Source: Eledone cirrhosa | Lineage: Eukaryota | Length of the DNA: 64,000 nt | Reading direction: 5' to 3' | Assembly: GCA_964016885.1 (NCBI GenBank) | Contig: OZ024740.1 | Coordinates: forward strand, 442,742,001 to 442,806,000 | In this document: in pieces, positions 1-13,099 of the stretch | How positions within the stretch are numbered: the first letter of the stretch is position 1 | Layout: every line of letters starts with the position of its first letter | Notes under the pieces: model-generated | What the model was told of the DNA's origin: nothing | The model's database searches: none | What the model saw: the letters and a program-made list of their open reading frames with translations, nothing else | Translations under genes and position numbers: made by a program

Positions 1-60
1 CCCGTTATATAACGAGTGTCTTCCTGACACCCAGGGCAAGTAAACCCCGTTATATACCGA

Positions 61-127
61 GTGTCTTCCTGACAGCCAAGGCAAGTAAACTCCGTTATAT
101 ACCGAGTGTCTTCCTGACACCCAGGGC
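61..127. other. Intra-monomer dyad elements (example span): GTGTC-N5-GACAC inverted repeat, CCCWGGG dyad and CG-T-TATATA-C-CG quasi-palindrome, present in consensus monomers
   Basis: Seen directly: CGTTATATACCG at 92-103, GTGTCttcctGACAC at 106-120 and CCCAGGG at 120-126. Function is unknown. Confidence 0.8.
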
Positions 128-454
128 AAGTAAACCCCGTTATTTACCGAGTGTCTTCCTGACACCCAGGGCAAGTAAACCCCGTTATATACCAAGTGTC
201 TTCCTGACACCCAGGGCAAGTAAACTCCGTTATATACCGAGTGTCTTCCTGACACCCAGGGCAAGTAAACTCCGATATATACCGAGGGTCTTCCTGACAC
301 CCAGGGCAAGTAAACTCCGTTATATACCGAGTGTCTTCCTGACAACCAGGGCAAGTAAACCCCGTTATATACCGAGTGTCTTCCTGACACCCAGGGCAAG
401 TAAACCCGGTATATACCGAGTGTCTTCCTGACACCCAGGGCAAGTAAACCCCGT

Positions 455-3400
455 TATATACCGAGTGTCTTCCTGACACCCAGGGCAAGTAAACCCCGTT
501 ATATACCAAGTGTCTTCCTGACACCCAGGGCAAGTAAACTCCGATATATACCGAGTGTCTTCCTGACACCCAGGGCAAGTAAACTCCGTTATATACCGAG
601 TGTCTTCCTGACACCCAGGGCAAGTAAACCCCGTTTTATAGCGAGTGTCTTCCTGACACCCAGGGCAAGTAAACCCGGTATATACCGAGTGTCTTCCTGA
701 CACCCAGGGCAAGTAAACCCCGTTATATACCGAGTGTCTTCCTGACACCCAGGGCAAGTAAACCCCGTTATATACCGAGTGTCTTCCTGACACCCAGGGC
801 AAGTAATCTCCTTTATATATCAAGTGTCTTTCTGACACCCAGGGCAAGTAAACCTCGTCATATACCGAGTGTCTTCCTGACACCCAGGGCAAGAAAACCC
901 CGTTATATATCGAGTGTCTTCCTGACACCCAGGGCAAGTAAACCCCGTTATATACCGAGTGTCTTCCTGGCACCCAAGGCAAGTAAACTCCGTTATATAC
1001 CAAGTGTCTTCCTGACACCCAGGGCAAGTAAACCCCGTTATATACCGAGTGTCTTCCTGACACCCAGGGCAAGTAAACCCCGTTATATACCGAGTGTCTT
1101 CCTGACACCCAGGGCAAGTAAACCCCGTTATATACCGAGTGTCTTCCTGACACCCAGGGCAAGTAAACCCCGTTATATACCGAGTGTCTTCCTGACACCC
1201 AGGGCAAGTAAACCCCGTTATATACCGAGTGTCTTTCTGACACCCAAGGCAAGTAAACTCCGATATATACCGAGTGTCTTCCTGACACCCAGGGCAAGTA
1301 AACCCCGTTATATACCGAGTGTCTTCCTGACACCCAGGGCAAGTAAACCCCGTTATATACCGAGTGTCTTCCTGACACCCAGGGCAAGTAATCTCCTTTA
1401 TATATCGAGTGTCTTTCTGACACCCAGGGCAAGTAAACCCCGTTATATACCGAGTGTCTTCCTGACACCCAGGGCAAGTAAACCCCGTTATATACCGAGT
1501 GTCTTCCTGACACCCAGGGCAAGTAAACCCCGTTATATACCGAGTGTCTTCCTGACACCCAAGGCAAGTAAACTCCGTTATATACCGAGTGTCTTCCTGA
1601 CACCCAGGGCAAGTAAACCCCGATATATACCGAGTGTCTTCCTGACACCCAGGGCAAGTAAACCCCGTTATATACCGAGTGTATTCCTGACACCCAGGGC
1701 AAGTAATCTCCTTTATATATCAAGTGTCTTTCTGACACCCAGGGCAAGTAAACCCCGTTATATACCGAGTGTCTTCCTGACACCCAAGGCAAGTAAACTC
1801 CGTTATATACCAAGTGTCTTCCTGACACCCAGGGCAAGTAAACCCCGTTATATACCGAGTGTCTTCCTGACACCCAGGGCAAGTAAACCCCGTTATATAC
1901 CGAGTGTCTTCCTGACGCCCAGGGCAAGTAAACTCCGTTATATACCGAGTGTCTTCCTAACAGCGAGGGCAAGTAAACCCCGTTATATACCGAGTGTCTT
2001 CCTGACACCCAAGGCAAGTAAACTCTGTTATATACCAATTTTCTTCCTAACAGCGAGGGCAAGTAAACCCCGTTATATACCGAGTGTCTTCCTGAAACCC
2101 AGGGCAAGTAAACCCCGTTATATACCAAGTGCCTTTCTGACACCCAGGGCAAGTAAACTCCGTTATATACCGAGTGTCTTCCTGACACCCAGGGCAAGTA
2201 AACTCCGTTATGTACCGAGTGTCTTCCTGACACCCAGAGCAAGTAAAGCCCGTTATATACCGAGTGTCTTCCTGACACCCAGGGCAAGTACACCCCGTTA
2301 TATACCGAGTGTCTTCCTGACACCCAGGGCAAGTAAACCCCGTTATATACCGAGTGTCTTCCTGACACCCAGGGCAAGAAAACCCCGTTATATACCGAGT
2401 GTCTTCCTGACACCCAGGGCAAGTAAACCCCGTTATATACCGAGTGTCTTCCTGACACCCAGGGCAAGTAATCTCCTTTATATATCAAGTGTCTTTCTGA
2501 CACCCAGGACAAGTAAACCCCGTTATATACCGAGTGTCTTCCTGACACCCAGGGCAAGTAAACCCCGTTATATACCGAGTGTCTTTCTGACACCCAGGGC
2601 AAGTAAACCCCGTTATATACCGAGTGTCTTCCTGACACCCAGGGCAAGTAAACCCCGTTATATACCAAGTGTCTTCCTGACACCCAGGGCAAGTAAACTC
2701 CGATATATACCGAGTGTCTTCCTGACACCCAGGGCAAGTAAACTCCGTTATATACCGAGTGTCTTCCTGACACCCAGGGCAAGTAAACCCCGTTTTATAG
2801 CGAGTGTCTTCCTGACACCCAGGGCAAGTAAACCCGGTATATACCGAGTGTCTTCCTGACACCCAGGGCAAGTAAACCCCGTTATATACCGAGTGTCTTC
2901 CTGACACCCAGGGCAAGTAAACCCCGTTATATACCGAGTGTCTTCCTGACACCCAGGGCAAGTAATCTCCTTTATATATCAAGTGTCTTTCTGACACCCA
3001 GGGCAAGTAAACCTCGTCATATACCGAGTGTCTTCCTGACACCCAGGGCAAGAAAACCCCGTTATATATCGAGTGTCTTCCTGACACCCAGGGCAAGTAA
3101 ACCCCGTTATATACCGAGTGTCTTCCTGGCACCCAAGGCAAGTAAACTCCGTTATATACCAAGTGTCTTCCTGACACCCAGGGCAAGTAAACCCCGTTAT
3201 ATACCGAGTGTCTTCCTGACACCCAGGGCAAGTAAACCCCGTTATATACCGAGTGTCTTCCTGACACCCAGGGCAAGTAAACCCCGTTATATACCGAGTG
3301 TCTTCCTGACACCCAGGGCAAGTAAACCCCGTTATATACCGAGTGTCTTCCTGACACCCAGGGCAAGTAAACCCCGTTATATACCGAGTGTCTTTCTGAC

Positions 3401-4150
3401 ACCCAAGGCAAGTAAACTCCGATATATACCGAGTGTCTTCCTGACACCCAGGGCAAGTAAACCCCGTTATATACCGAGTGTCTTCCTGACACCCAGGGCA
3501 AGTAAACCCCGTTATATACCGAGTGTCTTCCTGACACCCAGGGCAAGTAATCTCCTTTATATATCGAGTGTCTTTCTGACACCCAGGGCAAGTAAACCCC
3601 GTTATATACCGAGTGTCTTCCTGACACCCAGGGCAAGTAAACCCCGTTATATACCGAGTGTCTTCCTGACACCCAGGGCAAGTAAACCCCGTTATATACC
3701 GAGTGTCTTCCTGACACCCAAGGCAAGTAAACTCCGTTATATACCGAGTGTCTTCCTGACACCCAGGGCAAGTAAACCCCGATATATACCGAGTGTCTTC
3801 CTGACACCCAGGGCAAGTAAACCCCGTTATATACCGAGTGTATTCCTGACACCCAGGGCAAGTAATCTCCTTTATATATCAAGTGTCTTTCTGACACCCA
3901 GGGCAAGTAAACCCCGTTATATACCGAGTGTCTTCCTGACACCCAAGGCAAGTAAACTCCGTTATATACCAAGTGTCTTCCTGACACCCAGGGCAAGTAA
4001 ACCCCGTTATATACCGAGTGTCTTCCTGACACCCAGGGCAAGTAAACCCCGTTATATACCGAGTGTCTTCCTGACGCCCAGGGCAAGTAAACTCCGTTAT
4101 ATACCGAGTGTCTTCCTAACAGCGAGGGCAAGTAAACCCCGTTATATACC
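455..4150. repeat. Tandem higher-order duplication, offset 2159 bp (48 monomers minus 1 bp)
   Basis: Rare variants recur in the same order 2159 bp apart: GTTTTATAGCG at 633/2792, CGGTATATACCG at 676/2835, plus CCTCGTCAT, GTATTCC and TAACAGCG. After ~4150 the offset falls to 1799 (CAAGAAAA at 2378/4177), so the second copy lacks 8 monomers. Confidence 0.9.
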
Positions 4151-5299
4151 GAGTGTCTTCCTGACACCCAGGGCAAGAAAACCCCGTTATATACCGAGTG
4201 TCTTCCTGACACCCAGGGCAAGTAAACCCCGTTATATACCGAGTGTCTTCCTGACACCCAGGGCAAGTAATCTCCTTTATATATCAAGTGTCTTTCTGAC
4301 ACCCAGGACAAGTAAACCCCGTTATATACCGAGTGTCTTCCTGACACCCAGGGCAAGTAAACCCCGTTATATACCGAGTGTCTTCCTGACACGCAGGGCA
4401 AGTAAACTCCGTTATATACCGAGTGGCTTCCTGACAACCAGGGCAAGTAAACCCCGTTATATACCGAGTGTCTTCCTGACACCCAGGGCAAGTAAACCCC
4501 GTTATATACCGAGTGTCTTCCTGACACCCAGGGCAAGTAATCTCCTTTATATATCAAGTGTCTTTCTGACACCCAGGACAAGTAAACCCCGTTATATACC
4601 GAGTGTCTTCCTGACACCCAGGGCAAGTAAACCCCGTTATATACCGAGTGTCTTCCTGACACCCAAGGCAATTAAACTCCGTTATATACCGAGTGGCTTC
4701 CTGACAACCAGGGCAAGTAAACCCCGTTATATACCGAGTGTCTTCCTGACACCCAGGGCAAGTAAACTCCGTTATATACCGAGTGTCTTCCTGACACCCA
4801 AGGCAAGTAAACTCCGATATATACTGAGTGTCTTCCTGACACCCAGGGCAAGTAAACCCCGTTATATACCGAGTGTCTTCCTGACACCCAGGGCAAGTAA
4901 ACCCCGTTATATACCGAGTGTCTTCCTGACACCCAGGGCAAGTAAACCCCGTTATATACCAAGTGTCTTCCTGCCACCCAGGGCAAGTAAACTCCGTTAT
5001 ATACCGAGTGTCTTCCTGATACACCAGGGCAAGTAAACTCCGTTATATACCGAGTGTCTTCCTGACACCCAGGGCAAGTAAACCCCGTTATATACCGAGT
5101 GTCTTCTTGACACCCAGGGCAAGTAAACCCCGTTATATATCATGTGTCTTCCTGACACCCAGGGCAAGTAAACCCCGTTATATACCGAGTGTCTTCCTGA
5201 CACCCAGGGCAAGTAAACCCCGTTATATACCGAGTGTCTTCCTGACACCCAGGGCAAGTAAACCCCGTTATATACCGAGTGTCTTCCTGACACCCAAGG

Positions 5300-8200
5300 C
5301 AAGTAAACCCCGTTATATACCGAGTGTCTTCCTGACACCCAGGGCAAGTAAACCTCGTTATATACCGAGTGTCTTCCTGACACCCAGGGCAAGTAAACCC
5401 CGTTATATACCGAGTGTCTTCCTGACACCCAGGGCAAGTAAACCCCGTTATATACCAAGTGTCTTCCTGACACCCAGGGCAAGTAAACTCCGATATATAC
5501 CGAGGGTCTTCCTGACACCCAGGGCAAGTAAACTCCGTTATATACCGAGTGTCTTCCTGACACCCAGGGCAAGTAAACCCCGTTATATACCGAGTGTCTT
5601 CCTGACACCCAGGGCAAGTAAACCCGGTATATACCGAGTGTCTTCCTGACGCCCAGGGCAAGTAAACCCCGTTATATACCGAGTGTCTTCCTGACACCCA
5701 GGGCAAGTAAACCCCGTTATATACCAAGTGTCTTCCTGACACCCAGGGCAAGTAAACTCCGATATATACCGAGTGTCTTCCTGACACCCAGGGCAAGTAA
5801 ACTCCGTTATATACCGAGTGTCTTCCTGACACCCAGGGCAAGTAAACCCCGTTTTATAGCGAGTGTCTTCCTGACACCCAGGGCAAGTAAACCCGGTATA
5901 TACCGAGTGTCTTCCTGACACCCAGGGCAAGTAAACCCCGTTATATACCGAGTGTCTTCCTGACACCCAGGGCAAGTAAACCCCGTTATATACCGAGTGT
6001 CTTCCTGACACCCAGGGCAACTAATCTCCTTTATATATCAAGTGTCTTTCTGACACCCAGGGCAAGTAAACCTCGTCATATACCGAGTGTCTTCCTGACA
6101 CCCAGGGCAAGTAAACCCCGTTATATATCGAGTGTCTTCCTGACACCCAGGGCAAGTAAACCCCGTTATATACCGAGTGTCTTCCTGGCACCCAAGGCAA
6201 GTAAACTCCGTTATATACCAAGTGTCTTCCTGACACCCAGGGCAAGTAAACCCCGTTATATACCGAGTGTCTTCCTGACACCCAGGGCAAGTAAACCCCG
6301 TTATATACCGAGTGTCTTCCTGACACCCAGGGCAAGTAAACCCCGTTATATACCGAGTGTCTTCCTGACACCCAGGGCAAGTAAACCCCGTTATATACCG
6401 AGTGTCTTCCTGACACCCAGGGCAAGTAAACCCCGTTATATACCGAGTGTCTTCCTGACACCCAGGGCAAGTAAACCCCGTTATATACCGAGTGTCTTCC
6501 TGACACCCAGGGCAAGTAAACCCCGTTATATACCGAGTGTCTTCCTGACACCCAGGGCAAGTAAACCCCGTTATATACCGAGTGTCTTTCTGACACCCAA
6601 GGCAAGTAAACTCCGATATATACCGAGTGTCTTCCTGACACCCAGGGCAAGTAAACCCCGTTGTATACCGAGTGTCTTCCTGACACCCAGGGCAAGTAAA
6701 CCCCGTTATATACCGAGTGTCTTCCTGACACCCAGGGCAAGTAAACCCCGATATATACCGAGTGTCTTCCTGACACCCAGGGCAAGTAAACCCCGTTATA
6801 TACCGAGTGTCTTCCTGACACCCAGGGCAAGTAATCTCCTTTATATATCAAGTGTCTTTCTGACACCCAGGGCAAGTAAACCCCGTTATATACCGAGTGT
6901 CTTCCTGACACCCAAGGCAAGTAAACTCCGTTATATACCAAGTGTCTTCCTGACACCCAGGGCAAGTAAACCCCGTTATATACCGAGTGTCTTCCTGACA
7001 CCCAGGGCAAGTAAACCCCGTTATATACCGAGTGTCTTCCTGACGCCCAGGGCAAGTAAACTCCGTTATATACCGAGTGTCTTCCTAACAGCAAGGGCAA
7101 GTAAACCCCGTTATATACCGAGTGTCTTCCTGACACCCAAGGCAAGTAAACTCTGTTATATACCAATTTTCTTCCTAACAGCGAGGGCAAGTAAACCCCG
7201 TTATATACCGAGTGTCTTCCTGAAACCCAGGGCAAGTAAACCCCGTTATATACCAAGTGCCTTTCTGACACCCAGGGCAAGTAAACTCCGTTATATACCG
7301 AGTGTCTTCCTGACACCCAGGGAAAGTAAACTCCGTTATGTACCGAGTGTCTTCCTGACACCCAGAGCAAGTAAAGCCCGTTATATACCGAGTGTCTTCC
7401 TGACACCCAGGGCAAGTACACCCCGTTATATACCGAGTGTCTTCCTGACACCCAGGGCAAGTAAACCCCGTTATATACCGAGTGTCTTCCTGACACCCAG
7501 GGCAAGAAAACCCCGTTATATACCGAGTGTCTTCCTGACACCCAGGGCAAGTAAACCCCGTTATATACCGAGTGTCTTCCTGACACCCAGGGCAAGTAAT
7601 CTCCTTTATATATCAAGTGTCTTTCTGACACCCAGGACAAGTAAACCCCGTTATATACCGAGTGTCTTCCTGACACCCAGGGCAAGTAAACCCCGTTATA
7701 TACCGAATGTCTTCCTGACACGCAGGGCAAGTAAACTCCGTTATATACAGCGTGTCTTCCTGACACCCAAGGCAATTAAACTCCGTTATATACCGAGTGG
7801 CTTCCTGACAACCAGGGCAAGTAAACCCCGTTATATACCGAGTGTCTTCCTGACACCCAGGGCAAGTAAACTCCGTTATATACCGAGTGTCTTCCTGACA
7901 CCCAAGGCAAGTAAACTCCGATATATACTGAGTGTCTTCCTGACACCCAGGGCAAGTAAACCCCGTTATATACCGAGTGTCTTCCTGACACCCAGGGCAA
8001 GTAAACCCCGTTATATACCGAGTGTCTTCCTGACACCCAGGGCAAGTAAACCCCGTTATATACCAAGTGTCTTCCTGCCACCCAGGGCAAGTAAACTCCG
8101 TTATATACCGAGTGTCTTCCTGATACACCAGGGCAAGTAAACTCCGTTATATACCGAGTGTCTTCCTGACACCCAGGGCAAGTACACCCCGTTATATACC

Positions 8201-9230
8201 GAGTGTCTTCCTGACACCCAGGGCAAGTAAACTCCGTTATATACCGAGTGTCTTCCTGACAGCGAGGGCAAGTAAACCCCGTTATATACCGAGTGTCTTG
8301 CTGACACCCAAGGCAAGTAAACTCCGTTATATACCGAGTGCCTTCCTGACACCCAGGTCAAGTAAACTCCGTTATATACCGAGTGTCTTCCTGACACCCA
8401 GGGCAAGTAAACTCCGTTATATACCGAGTGTCTTCCTGACACCCAAGGCAAGTAAACTCTGTTATATACCGAGTGTCTTCCTGACACCCAGGGCAAGTAA
8501 ACTCCGTTATATACCGATTGTCTTCTTGACACCCAGGGCAAGTAAACCCCGATATATACCGAGTGTCTTCCTGACACCCAGGGCAAGTAAACCCCGTTAT
8601 ATACCGAGTGTCTTCCTGACACCCAGGGCAAGTAAACCCCGTTATATACAGAGTGTCATCTTGACACCCAGGGCAAGTAAACTCCGTTATATACCGAGTG
8701 TCTTCCTGACACCCAGGGCAAGTAAACTCCGTTATATACCGAGTGTCTTCCTGACACCCAGGGCAAGTAAACCCCGTTATATACCAAGTGTCATCTTGAC
8801 ACCCAGGGCAAGTAAACCCCGTTATATACCGAGTGTCTTCCTGACACCCAAGGCAAGTAAACTCCGTTATATACCGAGTGTCTTCCTGGCATCCAGGGCA
8901 AGTAAACCCCGTTATATTCCCAGTGTCTTCCTAACACCCAGGGCAAGTAAACCCCGTTATATTCCGAGTGTCTTCCTGACACCCAGGGCAAGTAAACCCC
9001 GTTTTATACCGAGTGTCTTCCTGAAACCCAGGGCAAGTAATCTCCTTTATATATCAAGTGTATTTCTGACACCTAGGGCAAGTAAACCCCGTTATATACC
9101 GAGTGTCTTCCTGACACCCAGGGCAAGTAAACCCCGTTATATACCGAGTGTCTTCCTGACACCCAAGGCAAGTAAACTCCGTTATATAACGAGTGTCTTC
9201 CTGACACCCAGAGCAAGTAAACCCCGTTAT
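5300..9230. repeat. ~3.9 kb block with a dispersed copy at ~19050-22950
   Basis: The same ordered rare markers occur in both blocks: GTTTTATAGCG 5851/19614, GATACACC insertion 8122/21975, TTGCTGAC, CAGGTCAAG, CCGATTGTC, GTCATCTTG, GGCATCC, GTATTTCTGACACCTAGG 9073/22791 and TATATAACG 9180/22898. Confidence 0.88.
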
Positions 9231-9999
9231 ATACCGAGTGTCTTCCTGACACCCAGGGCAAGTAAACCCCGTTACATACCGAGTGTTTTCCTGACACCCA
9301 GGGCAAGTAAACCCCGTTATATACCGAGTGTCTTCCTGAAACCCAGGGCAAGTAAACTCCGTTATATACCGAGTGTCTTCCTGACACCCAAGGCAAGTAA
9401 ACCCCGTTATATACCGAGTGTCTTCCTGACACCCAGGGCAAGTAATCTCCTTTATATATCAAGTGTCTTTCTGACACCCAGGGCAAGTAAACCCCGTTAT
9501 ATACCGAGTGTCTTCCTGACACCCAGGGCAAGTAAACCCCGTTATATACCGAGTGTCTTCCTGACACCCAGGGCAAGTAAACCCCGTTATATACCGAGTG
9601 TCTTCCTGACACACAGGGCAAGTAATCTCCTTTAAATATCAAGTGTCTTTCTGACACCCAGGGCAAGTAAACCCCGTTATATACCGAGTGTCTTCTTGAC
9701 ACCCAGGGCAAGTAAACCCCGTTATATACCGAGTGTCTTTCTGACACCCAGGGCAAGTAAACCCCGTTATATACCGAGTGTCTTCCTGACACCCAGGGCA
9801 AGTAAACCCCGTTATATACCGAGTGTCTTCCTGACACCCAGGGCAAGTAAACCCCGTTATAGACCCAGTGTCTTCCTGACACCCAGGGCAAGTAAACCCC
9901 GTTATATACCGAGTGTCTTCCTGACGACCAGGGCAAGTAAACTCTGTTATATACCGAGTGTCTTCCTGACACCCAGGGCAAGTAAACCCCGTTATATAC

Positions 10000-12900
10000 C
10001 GAGTGACTTCCTGACACCCAGGGCAAGTAAACCCCGTTATATACTGAGTGTCTTCCTGACACCCAGGGCAAGTAATCTCCTTTATATATCGAGTGTCTTT
10101 CTGACACCCAGGGCAAGTAAACCCCGTTATATACCGAGTGTCTTCCTGACACCCAGGGCAAGTAAACCCCGTTATATACCGAGTGTCTTCCTGACACCCA
10201 AGGCAAGTAAACTCCGTTATATACCGAGTGTCTTCCTGACACCCAGGGCAAGTAAACCCCGTTATATACCGAGTGCCTTCCTGACACCCAGGGCAAGTAA
10301 ACCCCGTTATATACGGAGTGTCTTCCTGACACCCAGGGCAAGTAATCTCCTTTATATATCAAGTGTCTTTCTGACACCCAGGGCAAGTAAACCCCGTTAT
10401 ATACCGAGTGTCTTCCTGACACCCAGGGCAAGTAAACCCCGTTATATATCGAGTGTCTTCCTGACACCCAAGGCAAGTAAACTCCGTTATATACCAAGTG
10501 TCTTCCTGAGACCCAGGGCAAGTAAACCCCGTTATATACCGAGTGTCTTCCTGACACCCAGGGCAAGTAAACCCCGTTATATACCGAGTGTCTTCCTGAC
10601 ACCCGAGGCAAGTAAACTCCGTTATATACCGAGTGTCTTCCTGACACCCAGGGCAAGTAATCTGCTTTATATATCAAGTGTCTTCCTGACACCCAGGGCA
10701 ATTAAACCCCGTTATATACCGAGTGTCTTTCTGACACCCAAGGCAAGTAAACTCCGTTATATACCGAGTGTCTTCCTGACACCCAGGGCAAGTAAACCCC
10801 GTTATATACCGAGTGTCTTCCTGACACCCAGGGCAAGTAAACCCCGTTATATACCGAGTGTCTTCCTGACACCCAGGGCAAGTAAACCCCGTTATATACC
10901 GAGTGTCTTCCTGACACCCAGGGCAAGTAAACCCCGTTATATACCAAGTGTCTTCCTGACACCCAGGGCAAGTAAACTCCGATATATACCGAGTGTCTTC
11001 CTGACACCCAGGGCAAGTAAACTCCGTTATATACCGAGTGTCTTCCTGACACCCAGGGCAAGTAAACCCCGTTATATACCGAGTGTCTTCCTGACACCCA
11101 GGGCAAGTAAACCCCGTTATATACCGAGTGTCTTTCTGTCACCCAGGGCAAGTAAACTCCGTTAGATACCGAGAGTCTTCCTGACACCCAGGGCAAGTAA
11201 ACCCCGTTATATACCGAGTGTCTTCCTGACACCCAGGGCAAGTAATCTCCTTTATATATCAAGTGTGTTTCTGACGCCCAGGGCAAGTAAAACCCGTTAT
11301 ATACCGAGTGTCTTCCTGACACCCAGGGCAAGTAAACCCCGTTATATACCGAGTGTCTTCCTGACACCCAAGGCAAGTAAACCCCGTTATATACCGAGTG
11401 TCTTCCTGACACCCAGGGCAAGTAAACCCCGTTATATACCGAGTGTCTTCCTGACACCCAGGGCAGGTAAACCCCGTTATATACCGAGTGTCTTCCTGAC
11501 ACCCAGGACAAGTAATCTCCTTTATATATCAAGTGTCTTTCTGAAACCCAGGGCAAGTAAACCCCGTTATATACCGAGTGTCTTCCTGACACCCAGGGCA
11601 AGTAAACCCCGTTATATATCGAGTGTCTTCCTGACACCCAAGGCAAGTAAACTCCGTTATATACCAAGTGTCTTCCTGACACCCAGGGCAAGTAAACCCC
11701 GTTATATACCGAGTGTCTTCCTGACACCCAGGGCAAGTAAACCCCGTTATATACCGAGTGTCTTCCTGACACCCAAGGCAAGTAAACTCCGTTATATACC
11801 GAGTGTCTTCCTGACACCCAGGGCAAGTAATCTCCTTTATATATCAAGTGTCTTCCTGACACCCAGGGCAATTAAACCCCGTTATATACCGAGTGTCTTC
11901 CTGACACCCAAGGCAAGTAAACTCCGTTATATACCGAGTGTCTTCCTTACACCCAGGGCAAGTAAACCCCGTTATATACCGAGTGTATTCCTGACACCCA
12001 GGGCAAGTAAACCCCGTTATATACCGAGTGTCTTCCTGACACCCAGGGCAAGTAAACCCCGTTATATACCGAGTGTCTTCCTGACACCCAGGGCAAGTAA
12101 ACCCCGTTATATACCGAGTGTCTTCCTGACACCCAGGGCAAGTAAACCCCGTTATATACCGAGTGTCTTCCTGACACCCAGGGCAAGTAAACCCCGTTAT
12201 ATACCGAGTGTCTTCCTGACACCCAGGGCAAGTAAACCCCGTTATATACCGAGTGTCTTCCTGACACCCAGGGCAAGTAAACCCCGTTATATACCGAGTG
12301 TCTTTCTGACACCCAAGGCAAGTAAACTCCTATATATACCGAGTGTCTTCCTGACACCCAGGGCAAGTAAACCCCGTTATATACCGAGTGTCTTCCTGAC
12401 ACCCAGGGCAAGTAAACCCCGTTATATACCGAGTGTCTTCCTGACACCCAGGGCAAGTAATCTCCTTTATATATCGAGTGTCTTTCTGACACCCAGGGCA
12501 AGTAAACCCCGTTATATACCGAGTGTCTTCCTGACACCCAGGGCAAGTAAACCCCGTTATATACCGAGTGTCTTCCTGACACCCAAGGCAGGTAAACTCC
12601 GTTATATACCGAGTGTCTTCCTGACACCCAGGGCAAGTAAACCCCGTTATATACCGAGTGACTTCCTGACACCCAGGGCAAGTAAACCCCGTTATATACC
12701 GAGTGTCTTCCTGACACCCAGGGCAAGTAATCTCCTTTACATATCAAGTGTCTTTCTGACACCCAGGGCAAGTAAACCCCGTTATATACCGAGTGTCTTC
12801 CTGACACCCAGGGCAAGTAAACCCCGTTATATATCGAGTGTCTTCCTGACACCCAAGGCAAGTAAACTCCGTTATATACCAAGTGTCTTCCTGACACCCA

Positions 12901-13000
12901 GGGCAAGTAAACCCCGTTATATACCGAGTGTCTTCCTGACACCCAGGGCAAGTAAACCCCGTTATATACCGAGTGTCTTCCTGACACCCAGGGCAATTAA
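10000..13000. repeat. Degenerate higher-order repeat of ~25-27 monomers (about 3 copies)
   Basis: GGGCAATTAAACCCC occurs at 10702, 11872 and 12997 (spacings 1170, 1125). GTTATATATCGAG followed by CCCAAGG occurs at 10441, 11611 and 12826 (spacings 1170, 1215). Confidence 0.7.
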
Positions 13001-13099
13001 ACCCCGTTATATACCGAGTGTCTTCCTGACACCCAAGGCAGGTAAACTCCGTTATATACCGAGTGTCTTCCTGACACCCAGGGCAAGTAAACCCCGTTA

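Noticed and set aside
50-57. TATATA as a TATA-box promoter, and GTAAAC as a forkhead site, in each monomer
   Set aside because: These are short motifs expected by chance, with no downstream gene and no other support.
4554-5024. CPGC repeat as a metal-binding, zinc-ribbon or ferredoxin-like protein, possibly with TGA read-through
   Set aside because: The frame is stopped by TGA in most B monomers and by TAG in CTAAC variants, and it is frameshifted repeatedly. Nothing supports a variant genetic code or a SECIS element.
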